Assembly: GCA_051362555.1 (NCBI GenBank)
Contig: CM120645.1
Coordinates: forward strand, 6,138,001-6,202,000
Direction: 5' to 3'
DNA length: 64,000 bases
Source of the DNA: Lingula anatina
Taxonomy: Eukaryota; Animalia; Brachiopoda
Position 1 is the first letter of the stretch. Every line of letters begins with the position of its first letter. This document shows positions 1-14,200 of this stretch, in pieces. Below the pieces are notes generated by a model. That model worked only from the letters and a program-made list of their open reading frames with translations. It was not told the DNA's origin and searched no databases. The position numbers were made by a program, and so were the translations under genes.

Positions 1-195
1 CGTAATATTTGAAATTAAAACTATCCTAGATTTGCCAAGTCTTTTGTCCTATTTTGCAAATCTGGTTTCTTGGACTTTACATTTTACACATAGAAATCTC
101 TTTCACGCGCACTCAAGACTGCAGCTGGTTCGAGAATGGACATTGTGTTAGGCGAGCTCAGTTGCACTAATTTATTCTTTTTCTTTGTATTTTAG

Positions 196-1698
196 GTGGG
201 GTGGTTTACAAGAGGAACTTTCGTCCCTTATCTCTTTGCGGTTGGTCTTGCCTTGTTTCTGGGCTGGCACATAGCAGCAATGGTCATCATCAAGGTCAAC
301 CAATTGAGATTTAAGTCAAAAACAGCCTGGTACCTTATCAAAGTAGGTCCCTTTTTATGTGAAAATGATAAATTTGTCTGTCCTTTTCATCTTTTATGTT
401 ATGACATAGTAACGTTATTACTTTTGTTACTCTTCCTTTTTAAACTTCGAATTCAGTATTACCGCGTGTGCAATTTCACTTTAATTTACCGCATGCACCA
501 AAGTTTCAGTTTGCTTAGAGACAGACAACGTGTGCTATCTGTCTCTCAGCCTCGAGCGAAAGTCAGATTTGGTCAAGGCATATGTCCATAAACACCCTTA
601 AACAACCCTAAAGTTGAATAAAGAGTTTTTTTTGCCATGATAACATTAAATCTGAAAAATCTTTGCCTCGTTTTGCCCATGGTGGCCCACTGAGCTGCTA
701 ACAAAGAAATTTCTCCCAACCTTGCTTTTATTTGCTATGTTTATTACATATAACACATTTAATAAATATATCGTGACTTACACAGTGTCCGTTTGTGAAA
801 GAACTCACTTATTGTGTCTAGCCTTATATTCGCCGTTTATTTTATAGTCAAGAAATATAATCAACGGAGGCATGAACGCATTCTATACCATAACAGCAAG
901 ACAAGCGAGCCACATCACGCTCTCAGGAGTTGAAGTGAACCAAGAACAAATTAATATGTTGCAAGCTAAACTTCTGCATAAACGTGGTAAGCATTTATTC
1001 TTTTGCTAAGCCTACTTTTTCCATCATGGCCCACAACTCACTCTCTCATTCTTTTTTCTTTCTCTCACTCTGTATGTGTGTTTGTTTGTTGGTTTGTAAC
1101 ATACATGTACTGTAGGTACACGTACATGTATGACGACACATTCTGCATTACATTTATCAGTCACTCTTAATCATATAACAATATCGATACTCCTTTGCTC
1201 CATATATGTGACAGTAAGTGTAAGTACTGGCACATTTAAGAGCAAAATATCTGAAGTTGGTGTAAGGGTGCACAGACAAATTAAAAAAGGATCCCCTATC
1301 GTTGAACCATAGCAATTAAAAACCGACGTAGCATGCGATTAAAAAAATGTCCAAAAGGTTTGTATTGTCAACATCAACTGCCCATATTTTCTTCCTAGAG
1401 GTGTAATTACATCTACTCACCTTAATCATAATCTTGTGTTTTGTTTTCAATTTTTTCAGTGGCTGAGATCAGAGTGATGGTGTATCATAAGGAGTACCAA
1501 AAAAGATACTTCGACATTCCGTTCCGAAGCATTTTGATCATCGGCATCCTGTACTTTGCGAGCCTGGCCATGCACGTCATGTACTACTGTTACATTCCCT
1601 ACGAGTACGGAAACAGTTGGAATTCTACATTCTCAGATCCTGTGGTGACAGCAGACATGATGAATCGAACCACTAACCTAACTGAAATATGGACATAG
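196..1698 (+). CDS. Uncharacterised multi-pass membrane protein, tandem paralog A (5' exons lie before the window)
   Basis: Exons 196-342, 848-986 and 1460-1698 have AG/GT boundaries and consistent phase (0,1). They give VGWFTRGTFVPYLFAVGLALFLGWHIAAMVIIKVNQ... / SRNIINGGMNAFYTITARQASHITLSGVEVNQEQ... / VAEIRVMVYHKEYQKRYFDIPFRSILIIGILYFASLAMHV...EIWT*, which match paralog B exon by exon. Confidence 0.8.
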
Positions 1699-2539
1699 TT
1701 CTGTCAATCAACCACTCTTTGTGACAAAGTAAGAACAGTGATATATTTGAGATGTCAAAAAGGTGTGGGTTTTTTATTGTAAATGGTGGTGTGTGTGTTG
1801 ATTATTTGTTAATGACAAGGTATGTGTAGGAATTGAGTAATTTGTATCTCTGTTTAAAGTACATTTATTGATAAAGCCTACATTAAAATGTGACTGTAAA
1901 TATCAAATGAGTTCCACTGTAAAGCTACGACAGTTGGCAACTCATATAAAACTGCGAGTGGAATGAGAACTTCTGAAACTTTACATAAAACCTGTGATGT
2001 TAGATCAGGTATATATATACTAATTTCACAAACACTTCCGATATTTTAGACAGTTTTTGCTTTCATGTTATGTACGATGAGTTGTTTGTCTAACAAAAAT
2101 ATTTTAAAAGAGGGATTTGAACAATAAATAACTTACTATTTGAGTGCAGCAAACATGTACAGTATACTCATTTATGATGACCTCAATAAACCTGATTTGG
2201 AAAGCAATATATTATTCTCATTTATTCTTGCTGTTGGGACATTTTAATATCAAAACACACTGTATCCAAAACTTAACTTCAAGCTCTACCAGTTGACATT
2301 TTGACAATCAGATGGGTAATCTGCAACGTTTGGTTAGTAGAAACATGGATTTAGACCCCTTCACCCCACCCCTTAAAGAACTCATGCTACTTATAGTGTT
2401 TATTTAATTTATTTAATAAATATTTCAATGCAACATGCACTGTGCATGCACTGCAGAGGTATATTGGGAAATGGAATTAAAGGAAGCAATTTCATTTTAA
2501 AAAAATGGATCCACGTTTACTGCATATCTAGAATAAATA

Positions 2540-2965
2540 AATACTCAATTGTCAGCTCATAGTGTATACAAGCAAACCAGTGATATCCCAGAGTATAAAA
2601 AGTTAACAACCCCACGTCTCCGCACGTCGTCACATAACCTGGCTATAGAAACTGGGTGGTGGACCCGCATCAATAGAGAGAATAGACTGTGTGTTTGCGG
2701 GATATCATTGCAAATAGTGAGACATGTTCTGCTTGAATACCCTTCGACTTAACAAGTGAGAGAGCCGTATAAACTTTTTAGTATGTATGAGATATGAGAG
2801 GGTCTCGTGTACAAAACGTATTCGCATAATTTACATCTAACATTTATTTAACGGCAGCACTGTGTTAAAGGCACTGTGTATGTTTGTGTGTTTCTTATTA
2901 CTTTTTGTTTTTTATGTTGCCACACCACACGGACATTACTACCACCACTACAACCACTACTATAA
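2540..2965 (+). mobile_element. Degenerate 3' end of a non-LTR retrotransposon (LINE ORF2 C-terminal zinc-knuckle region)
   Basis: The translation LRTSSHNLAIETGWWTRINRENRLCVCG...RHVLLE fits the R.S.H.L.IE.GR...R.C..C...H.LL.C motif typical of LINE RT C-termini. It is truncated and followed by an (ACT/ACC)n simple-repeat tail at ~2936-2962. Confidence 0.7.
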
Positions 2966-3355
2966 CTGCCCATTGTTTACAGCTGCCATTCATGCATTGT
3001 ATAACAAAACAAAACCACTTCTTGCTCTACAAAGGCGGCGGGCATTCAAAGCCATTGATTCTGATCTAGGACCCAGGTACTGGAATGTTCAAACAGTACT
3101 CTTTGTTTACCATTACGCTTGTTTAACGCGTAGGTAAAGCACGGGGCGAAAACGAAAGTAGGCCATATTGAGATTTTGCGTCGTCATTATTTAGTACGTA
3201 AATTCTGTAGTCCATTTCTGTTTATTCAAGACAAACACAAGCAGGCAGGCCAAAGAATAACTTAACTTGATAGTTGGCCTCAGTTTTAAGTAATTTAGTG
3301 ACTAACAGCGTACCAAACAGACACGTCCTCGTCGGAATAAACTGCTACACCCAGC

Positions 3356-5613
3356 ATGGCGCACCCAACAGGCGGAGCAGCAATTCACACACGAGTTACA
3401 ACTGCTACTAGTATCAACATTGAGGATACAACAAAGAGTGTGTCGTTGGCATCGGGGTATGTATGTGACAATTATCCGCCGTTGATTCGAATAACGGATA
3501 AAGTTGCACCGTTACATTAAAATAATCAGCGTTGCTGAATAGGATCTAGAATGGACTGTCATACCGTACCTAAGCTTAATTTAGCTTTCACGTTCTCTGC
3601 TAAATTTTTATATTAGTTATATCAGTATTGACAGGAATAACCAAAATAACATTTTGGTTTTATCTAAATTTGCATTTCAGTACCAAGGAACATAATTTTC
3701 CTTTTTATAGCCTACGGCGTAACCCAGTAGGTGTACGAGTTGTAGATTTTTTTCTAATTATGTGCCACATGTATTTGTCATAGCCCCTCAGTGGCATAGC
3801 TTTCACTCCGGGCCTTTGCTCTTGATGCTTTAAACAGAAACAAGGTGCGCCTCAGCAAAAGTATAAGTTGTTAAATTCACCATAAAATGGGTATTAAATA
3901 ACATTCCTTTTCATAGCAAAAGTAATTCCGTGCTGACTCTGTACACACGTGAGGCCAGACGCTAGCATTTAATGGGTTGGCCTCAACCTGGTTATTCAAA
4001 CCAGAAAAAATAGACATAATTGTCGTTATGCCTTTTGTGACAGACCAAACAATGTACATGTTACTCTTGAGATTAGAGTTCAAGTAGTCCACTGCCCCCA
4101 GCAACAGGACTTTAATTATAAGTCAATAGTCAATTCTAAGCCTTCATGTTGCGTAAAATGGATGACGTGAATGATACAGTATTCATACGAAGAATGTAAT
4201 CGACCCCCTTTTTTATAAAAGGAGCTGTATAATATCGATGTTTTCAGATAATTTGCCCCTATTAGATATCATTGATATTATCAGATTGGCGTTTCAAAAA
4301 AAAAATAATAATCAACAAAATCGGCCTTAATCTATCCCAAAACCCATCAGAAAAACCCCGAAAACAAAATCTCCCATTCCCACCGACAAATTCCGCCACA
4401 GGTTACATTAAGTAGGGACCATAAGTTTGTATTTGTTTAATCTATGACAGAACTGCACTATTTAGAGAAAACCGTACCTTGGTCTAAACGAAAATCCAAA
4501 TACTGCTGATCACCTGTATGTCGTATTTTTTTTTCAGTCCATACAATCAGCACAACTTCGCCGTTCGCAACGCCAGACGCACAAAGGCCGACAATAAGCT
4601 GTCCGAACCCAGTTTTATCAAGATCCTGCCCTGGGGAGGGCGGTCCAATGACAATTATGGGTATATCGACGGTTGCTTTGGCCAACTGACTTGGTACGCC
4701 ATGGTCGCATTCCCTTTTGCTGTGACCGGGGTAATTGATGAGTTTATATATTTTTATTACCTTCACGCCTTCATACCTTGGTCCCGTTTATTTGTCTGTT
4801 TGTTTGTTTGTTTGTTTGTTTGTTTGTTTATTAGAAACATTGTCAAAAAGTTACTAACTCTCCTTCGACGTATGAATGCGTATAAATCATAGCAAAATAA
4901 CTGCGGCTTTGTTGTTGAATTGGCTGCGAGATTTCCGGTGGAAAAAGTTCAGTTTAAAACATCAGTTTAATACCTGGTTCTCTTCAAAGTTTCGCTGTGT
5001 GATAATCATTACTTATATGTCAGCTACATTTAGCTAAAATATATTCATACTGGATGCTGCCTGCTATAGATAATGGCCTTGATAAGGACGTGTTAAGTCA
5101 TAAACAGTGTGTATGAGTGTGTGTGCGAACGTGCGCGTGCGTGAGAGAGAGTTAGGGAGAGAGATGAGGAGAGAGATGAGAATACATAAAGCACCAACCA
5201 TAAATTCAATCATTTTTGGTTCAAACCATAGCATGGACGGATATCAATGAAACTTTCAGTCGGTTTATCTGTTCATCTGTTGGCATCATCATGAAAAAAG
5301 TTATGGACATTTTAGGATAGGTCATAAATGGGTCAATTGTTTTCTCTAAGTGCCTTTCTAGTTGAAATATGTTTGCAGAACAATGGATATTAACAGAAAT
5401 GTGTATAAACATTTTTGGAACTTACGTTATGTTGTTTAGGCAAATATAATTACTCGTAATATTAATTTATGATTATACATGTATATCGACCTCACTTATA
5501 CATGTATTTGCCAAGTCATTTGCCCCATTATCAAATAAGTTTATTAAGGTCTGTGCAAAATTTGATCTTCAGACTTAAATATTTATCAATATAAATCTGT
5601 CGATCTCTCTCTC

Positions 5614-5648
<35 letters not shown>

Positions 5649-5678
5649 CTCTCTAACACAGACGCGTGCGCGCGCTCG

Positions 5679-5725
<47 letters not shown>

Positions 5726-7044
5726 TAGAACACACTTATTCAGCTTGACTGGTTTCTGCAGAGACATTGTTTAAGGTCAGTTATTTATAATTTTCTTTAA
5801 CTTCCAGATAGGGTGGTATACAAGAGGAGGTATCATCCCCTATTTCTGCATGCTTGGCCTTGGCCTGGTTTCGGTCTGGCACATATCAGCCATGATCATC
5901 ATCCAAGTCAATGAATGCCGATTTATGTCAAAAAAAAAAGCCTGGTATCTGATGCCTGTAGGTGTCTTTTAAGTTTCTTTTGAATAAGACAAAAATGTCC
6001 ATCAATCATGTTATGGTATGGTTACAATATTTTATATCTGTTATCTATCGATTTTGCATTTAAGTGCAGTACGGTACATGTACAAGTCGCTTGCACAGTC
6101 TATTACATAAATCTAAGCATACAAACATGTATGCCTCTTTTTTTTGGGGGGGGGGGGGGGGGCAAGAAAAAGTTACATAATTTCTTTCTTTCTATTTTAG
6201 ATATATGTTTCATTAATTTTCCAATAAACAAATGCTTTTTTTTTTAACAACTTGCTTTGTTTCGCTTTTTTAATGATAACATCAAAATTAAGCCTTCATG
6301 GCACCGACTTGTAGTTCGGATACTAATTGTAATGATAATATTCTCGCTAAAATTATCATATGTGTATAGCTGTTCAGGTGACAGGGAGCTGTTTGAAGTC
6401 GAGATTACAGTTTTCACCCCAAAAACGCGATTCTGCGTACATATGCAGTATTTAATATGAAAGCATTGTCTTATTACGATTTTTATGCATTATCAAATGA
6501 CTGAGAAAGTGAATCCTACAATGTCGAACCCTTAGGCCTCGGTCACACTGCGCTTGCAATCTTATGGCAACCTTTTATCGACCACAAAATCTGGCGGTTG
6601 CTTAATTTATCAACTGTGATTAGTTTGCGAGCTGATTAAGAAGCCTTACCAGAGGAAGAAGGGTATTTTCAACCTCTTTAAGACCATTACAGACTGATAA
6701 AATTGACGCTAAAGGGGAAAGAGTTTAAAAGCAGTGAATGAATTTTTGTTCTTAATGTTTGATTTCATTGCACTTATGTCTAAAAGGTATTTTTTATAAA
6801 ATGAATGAAAAAAGATATTTAACCAATTTTGGAAGTTTCTTATTTCATACAGACACATGCAAATGAAACAATCGACGGGAGAATGAACGGCTTCTTTAAA
6901 ATCACAGCAAACCAAGCGAACGACATCGAAATCTCAGGAGTTGCAGTGAGCCAAGAACAATTTAATGTACTGCAAGCTATATTTCAGCATAACAGCGGTA
7001 AGCATGTACATGTCTACTTAACTTCCACCTTTACCCCTGTCCAC

Positions 7045-7125
<81 letters not shown>

Positions 7126-7663
7126 TGTGTGTACGCAATAAACGATTGCTATGATTCCGCGTTCAAATTTACATAAATATCTAACACTAATTTTGATATA
7201 ATATATTATGAATGCTGTTTTGCTCCATTAATATCTGACTGTAAATTCAAGCTGACACATTTATGAGCAAAATGTCTGACGATTATTTTGGGTGCACAGA
7301 CAAATTACAAAAGGGCGCATCACATTCATAAAAAATGACCAAAAAGCTTGTATCATCAACATCAACTGCCGGAGGTGTCATTACATTTATTACTCTTATA
7401 TTATCTTGTATTTTATTTCCATTAATTCAGTGTCAGAGATGGTCGTGATGCAGTTCAACAAGAGATACATATTAAACCACTTCACCATCCCGTGCCGAAG
7501 TATTTTGTTGATCACCATTTTATGTCTTGCGTGCCTGCTCGTACATGGCGTGGCCTTCATTCCAGGCACCTATTACGACAACGCTTATTCTCCACGTACA
7601 ACCCCTGTGATGACAACGGCTTTGTTCAATGAAACCATTGGACAAACCGAAATACATGCATGA
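3356..7663 (+). CDS. Uncharacterised ~273-aa membrane protein with ~3 hydrophobic segments, tandem paralog B (complete)
   Basis: Five exons (3356-3456, 4538-4730, 5808-5957, 6853-6997, 7431-7663) are all GT-AG with matching phases (2,0,0,1). Open frame MAHPTGGAAIHTR...PYNQHNF...IGWYTRGGIIPYFCMLGLGLVSVWHISAMIIIQ...SILLITILCLACLLVHGVAFI...EIHA*. The C-tail is Thr-rich with N-x-T sequons. Confidence 0.8.
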
Positions 7664-7890
7664 ACATAGTTCTGTGGTTCTGTAAACCAGTTTTGACATT
7701 TTGCCTCTTAATAACACCAATGGCGTACGGCGTAATTGGGATATTAGGAAGAGTGTGTGGGATTTTCTTACAGTTTAAGATGGTGTACATTATGTGTGTT
7801 AATTATATGTTATAGTCTAGGTATATGTAGGCAGAGTAATGTATATTACTGTTTGATGAAGTTTTCATTAAAATACGATTTTCATTTCAG

Positions 7891-7997
7891 GTAACGAAAC
7901 TTACAAAGAAAATTACTTTAATATACCTTTAAAAAGAGATGTAAGAATAATCAAATCAATTACCACGACAACATACATGCACGGTGTATGGCTATAA
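7891..7997 (+). other. Degenerate duplicate of the paralog B terminal exon (candidate alternative last exon)
   Basis: Acceptor ttttcatttcag, phase 1, reads GNETYKENYFNIPLKRDVRIIKSITTTTYMHGVWL*. It resembles KEYQKRYFDIPFRS...EIWT* of paralog A. The following 3' UTR (7995-8120) also repeats the UTR motifs at 1696-1810 and 7668-7810. Confidence 0.5.
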
Positions 7998-9070
7998 TTC
8001 TGTAAACCAACAATCTTTGAACTTTTGCGTTTTAGTAACAACGGTGGCTTTTTGGAAATATTAGAAAGTGGGTTGGGATTTTTTAACTATAAATAGTGGT
8101 GTGTGTATGTGTTGATTTAAGTAAAGAACACTGTACGAGTTTTACAACGTCTCATAGCCATAGCTGCCATGACTACTTATTCTGCAAAGGTCCTAATCTT
8201 AAAAACTGTATAACCGCTCAAATAAAAAGTGCCTGTCGTCAATCGTTCCCTTTGATATATACAGAAAGACAAGGCGTTCTAAATGACTGGCCATTAATTA
8301 AAGATTAAACTAACGTATATAAACCACTTGTACTACTAAAATTAGAAATAAAGAAGGTAGAAAAATACTTTTGCGTCTGCTTGCAGTTTAAAACTATTGG
8401 AACAAAAGCAAAATTATAAAAATTTTTTTTTCGAGTTATCGACTTAAGAACTGCTATTTCTCCATTGAAATTGTATAGCTGTAGAAATTTGTCAACGTGA
8501 ACGTGGTTAGTGTTATGCAGACGGCAATGGTCACATCCAACACAATAGCCTATTTGTCACATCTACTGCAATGAATAAAGTATCTCCTATATTGCAATGG
8601 CAGATGTAAACATCAATGTTGTCAAAAAAAAAAAAAAAAAGAAAAGAAAAGAGTTGCATTGTAAAATACCATGTTGTATGAAACAGTAATTACCTCTAAT
8701 TATTTCACTGGGGTAGTGTTCAGTTCTTAATCCTCACAACAAATATATATCGAGATGATTGTTCTCTGAAATACTATTATACTTTTATACTTCACTTCAT
8801 TCATTTTTGTCTACTTAGACCCTGAAAAAGGTCACCAGAAATGAATCAACACAAAATACACCTGTACTTAGAAAAAAAGGAACTGAATACTGCTTGCATT
8901 TTTCCTTCTTATCCAAAAGGCTAGCTTTAACTCCCTTTAATAATAATAATAATAATAATAATCTGGAGCTATGCCGTGCGGGCGCCTGGTTTATCACAAT
9001 TAAACTCAAGCCACAGAGACCAAAACTGATTCGATTCGCCAGCGTCAAATGTGATCACACCTTGTCGCTT

Positions 9071-9622
9071 CCCTATAGCCATCATAATGTTCTGGATCAC
9101 AGATTTTGTGTGGCAGAGACGATACCTGGGGGTAAGGACCCCACTGTGGCTGCAATTTTCGGGCTTGGAGCGTCTGAAATACGACTTAAAGACTTCTTCT
9201 GACAGCACTCGCTGAAGCAGAACGCTTGCGATGTGTTCTTTTGTATGTAGGTATTTTTCCCTAACTCTCCTTCGACATATGAATGCGTATAAATCATAGC
9301 AAAGTAAATGTGCTTGTCGTTGAATTGGCTGCGAGATTTCCGGTGGAAAAAGTTAGAGAACATCAATTTAAAAGTTTCGCTGTGTGATAATCATTACTTA
9401 TACGTCAGCTATATTAAGCTAAAATATATTCATATTGGATGCTGCCTGCCATAGATAATGACCTTGACAAGGACGTGTTAAGTCATAAACAGTGTGTGTG
9501 AGTGTGTGTGCGAACGCGCGCGTGTGTGAGAGAGAGTTAGGGAGAGAGATGAGGATTAAATTGGATAGAATACATAAAGCACCAACCATAAATTCAATCA
9601 TTTTTGGTTGAAACCATAGCAA
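9071..9622 (+). pseudogene. Relic of a further tandem copy (exon-2-like fragment plus intron-2 homolog)
   Basis: 9261-9622 is a close direct copy of 4854-5233 (intron 2 of paralog B). Immediately upstream, PYSHHNV...ETIPGGK resembles exon 2 PYNQHNF...KILPWGGR and ends in a stop. Confidence 0.5.
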
Positions 9623-10798
9623 ATTCTGATAAGTACCCAAGAGAAAGAGATGAAATGAAAGATGGAAGGATAGATATGAACTATATGTAAGTCCCAAATA
9701 TGAAAGAATGTATATTTATGGTGGTTAATATATGGCACACAACCGCGTGGTTCAACATTCCTGATAACACTAAGCAGAGGTAGGAATTTGTAAATATTCT
9801 ACTAACAGTGCAAAATGGTTATATCAGAACACACAGCCTTCGGAGCATTCTTTCTGCACTAGACTAGCTTGAGTAACGGTTATTGGTCCTAAGGACTGAT
9901 TCCAACTAATACGCCATCGGACAGCTATGTCATCACTGTTTATATGTGTGAGGAAAAGTTGGGTTTCCCACAAACGCCAATACGAAGTCCTGGCCATAAC
10001 TGGCTGGCGAAATGATTTATTCGTTCGGTGGCGCACAGTATAGGTCTACCTGAAACGGGAAACGGGTTTAGTTTAAAAGCACCTGTGAATGCGACTTAAA
10101 AGGTGTAACTCGACAAGGCTTCAAATGCCTACAAAACAGGTAAATAAGCACATTAGGCATTTGTGTCTACACGTCCAGGAAATGCAACGCGATCTCAGGT
10201 ATGCTCGCCTTTTAAAACGCGACATCTTAAATGTCATCAAATACGCTGCCCTTTTACAATGTGACATCGTAGCAGCAAACGCAAAATTTTATTGACTTCT
10301 CTATTACCGGTACGACCACGAAGCCAAGCTAAATATTTGCTGACACAACTTCGGATTACGCAGCCTAAGTTTTGTGTTTTGATATTAAAGCAAAAGATAA
10401 ATTAAGATATATGATTATATAAATAAATAAAACACAATAAACACAGAAAAAAGACAAGATAAGGACGGAATTTTTTAAAAAATGATTCAATCACACTATA
10501 TTTTGCTCTACGATACAGTTTTGATCTCTCTCAAGAGCGTACAGATAGAGTCCCAAAATTGTTCTATGTACAGAAATGTTGAAACCAATCTATCAAAAAT
10601 ACGCTGGAGATATTGATAATGGGTTCGATAACTGTGTGCGATATTTTACCACTGACTCGATTCAACATCAAGTTAACATTTATTTTGAATTATCCACTCA
10701 CATCACTTTTTATGTGTCAAATATATTCAAACTCAATACTTCAATATAATTTATATCATCTGTTTTGATCCTGCAGTTACGAGGCGTTTTGCATTATA

Positions 10799-10811
10799 GG
10801 GTCAAAGGTCA
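10799..10811 (+). promoter_or_regulatory. DR1 nuclear-receptor-type element (GGGTCA-A-AGGTCA) ~390 bp upstream of the EF-hand gene ATG
   Basis: Exact DR1 consensus in the sequence; function is inferred only. Confidence 0.3.
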
Positions 10812-11202
10812 AACTTCCAACTCCTTACCGGGGAGGAAAAGTTTAGATTCACAGATAATTTGCAGTGGCACGGGCTAAAGACGTCTTGTGGTGGCTGCCT
10901 TGGAGAAGGGGAAACTAGGGGCCTAAAACCAAGACCTAAACGGTTAAAACAAGAAAGCACGGTCCTTCGGAAATACTTCTGTGGACTTTGCGTCTCGTGA
11001 TTAAATGAAATGAACGCGTGCGTCTCGAGACTTGAAAAGTTTGAAATGGATTAACGACGCTCCGGGGTTTAATAGGCTGCAAGCAAATACAGTCAGCGGC
11101 GTGCTAGGTACTAGACACGCAAAAGGTTAGAGCATTAAAAGAAGCCTCTTCGAAGTTGGGTGTTACAAAATTCGTTCGAACTGGCATTTGCTGGGATATA
11201 AA

Positions 11203-14200
11203 ATGAGGTCATTTATACTTTGGATGTGTCTATCGGCGATTGTTGTCTCCCGAGGACAAGAGGCGGATCGAAATGACATTTCGCAAGGTTTGGACGAAGA
11301 CCAGCTAATGCTAGATGGGAAAGTAGATCAAAAACCTTTTCTCAGACGCGAGACAGACAACGCAGACGCTAGTGACGAAGTGAACGTGGGGAAAAAATTA
11401 GAAAAGCTAACTTCCAGAAACGACGAGAATGAAGTTTTGAAAAACTCTGACAAAGTCGAGGTAGATGAGCATGGAGTCAAAGTGGAGTTACCGCGCGACG
11501 AAATCGCGGACAATATCAACGTTCTTCCTAAAGTACAGGGTCCCTTACCACTGGACGGGGAGCTACCCCCGGGGGAGGATGATGACACTTTTAAGCCCGT
11601 GCAACTCTCCACGGATTTCAACGTCTATGACTCGGACCGTGACGGATTCATAAGCTTGACGGAGCTGATCAACGCCACGGGGGCGGAAGAGAACGTGGAA
11701 GAGGCGTTTAACGTCACGGATACAGACGGTGGGTATGATTTCATGGAGATACGGGTTCTTGATAATGTGTATAATTTCCAGCCCCCTTCCCACACTTTTC
11801 AACAAACAGCTAAAGACACGCTGATTTCCATACAGATACATTTGATATATTTGAGCATTATCATCATAATCGTTATTGGGTTGGTGAGGGGTGGGGGTGG
11901 GGTATAAACCCATGCCCGTTTTCTTAATATGCTGGATCCACTGGTGATATTTTGCTATGAATAGTTATATTGTTCTAGTTTACATATTTGATCTGTGTCA
12001 GAAAGGAGGAATGTAGGTAATTTTAAAGAAAAATATAATGGAAGTGTAAGAGGCAAAGGGTCAGTATAGTAAAGAGAAGAAGCGCACGTTAGTGGGATGA
12101 GGGGAAGGAAGAAAAGGGTAAAGGAAAAGATGTAGAGGATTGCAAACGAAATGAGCTATCGGCTTTTGGTGTATAAAAGGTAAAACAAGGTTAAAGTAAC
12201 AAATACGTCTTTGTTTATCAACTTTTCTCAGCAGACCGGCAAACCTAAAAGCTAAAACTGTTATTCCAAGGGTTGTAGCGGCCATGTCGTGTTTCGTAAG
12301 TTCAAAGCCAGTAACAAGAAAGTTAAATCGAAAACGTTCTTTCACATGTCACGGCTCAAATGCTAAATTACAAGCACGTGCCCCGTCCATTTCTATCAAG
12401 GTCTATAATTGACACACTCTGTAAAAGTGGCTTCATTTTACCAAGTTGTGCCCCAAGCTTCAACTTTCGCAAAAAACATCGTCCAGCTGAGATCAAGATT
12501 CTAGTCCCATAAATAAAGTGAATTAGTTCAAACGCGAAGATTGTTGTGTGTAAAAGGGCAGGCCGTGATAAAATAACTATAAATCATGCAGTTTCATCGA
12601 CACCTACATTGCACGAAAAGTTTGCTGACTTTGCTATCCGAGCTTGTTTGATGTGCAGAGTGATGGGGAAATAGTTTCCTATGAATCACTTCATCCACCG
12701 TGATCGCCTAGTTGTAGGTTATCTTAATCGCATCTAAATCGGTAAAGCACACAAGTAATCATGCAGATTGCTCACTATTGAATCCCCTGGTTTTGCCAAA
12801 ATTAACAGGTGCTCGCTTTTATTGAAATTTTCTAGCATTAGTCGGTACGAGATCGTTCCTTAAAAATTTAGATCTAGGCAAATCTAAACAAAGGAAAGAG
12901 AAAAGGTTTGCATCAACCTAAGTTGGTCTCCCCATATAGATGTATATGTGTGCTCCCTAATTTATTGCATTATTCTACACCCGCCAACATAGGGGGGAAG
13001 GTTAAAAACACGAAAATGTATGTTTTCCGTACATCTGTGCATTGGGTTAATCGACACGTCACTTTCCCATCACAAAGCGTACGCAGCGACCTCAACTTTT
13101 TTTCCTGGCATCTTTTTAGACGGAGACCTCATGAGGTTCAGTTCCAAAGATGCCTGGGGCAGGTTTATATCTCGCTGTTTTGTAGCTTGTAATAAATGAA
13201 CCCAGGATGTGGAATCAAAGGGACAGCTCCTCTTTCAATATTTATTCATAATCATGACCACCAGTGCTACTGAAGGGATGTGTAAATATACGCTACCTAG
13301 AGGTGACGATCAGGCCAAGCACGTAAAGACCCAAGGTGTGATATCGATAAAATTGACAACTTGATAGAGTGCTAGCCTCTACCAAGGCGACAGATTGACT
13401 TTTCACTATATATTCACAGATATGTCTTTAGATAAACAGACGGTTTTTGGTTCTCTGTCACCCTGTAATGAAATCTCAAGAATGATTGATTTTGTTGTTA
13501 ATTGGCTTTTGGAAAATTTGCCTATAATATCTGCCGCCCTGGTAGAGGGTTACAGAGTGCTGGGTTATACTGATATATCTTTCGTTTTGGGTACATTACC
13601 TTTTTTAGTTCAAGATCAACGATGGATTGCCAACGACAATGCAAATGGTCTTGGATTTTTTAATAAGGTTTATAATTTGCTATTCCAAATATATTCTGTA
13701 GTCACAGAGAGTTGTCTTGAACATTTATCTAAGAACATGTATGACAGTTTGAGCCTAGACCGTTTTTCCGAAAGATTTCATTATTTATTGCAAATCTTCG
13801 AGGATTGACATTTGGTAAAGACGTATCTATTAAAAGATTTTACAGCGAACTTGCATTTAAAAATTGGAAAGTGCCATTTACATTAACAAAACCATTATAT
13901 ATTCTGATAGTCTGAAGTCGCCTTCCACCGCCACCAGTCGTATATAAAAGACCCTTATCTGTACAACTCCAACAATGCAAAACAAAAAACATAAGGCTAT
14001 ATGTGACCTTACAATCACTTGTGCCTATACGACGAACGGGAAAATGTTGAATCTCTCCCGATGTATATTATATAACTCTTTATCTAGTGAACGTGTCAAA
14101 CAAGCCATTTCTGTGCCTGGGCCTCAAACACCGAGGCCGGTGGTGGTGTAACCTTACATAAAGGTAATCAAGTGTTTGCTATGTCAACTTCAGTTCGTGT

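Noticed and set aside
11729-11907. Hydrophobic C-terminus of the 239-aa ORF suggesting a membrane anchor
   Set aside because: It is intron read-through; splicing at 11728 to 16120 restores a canonical second EF-hand.
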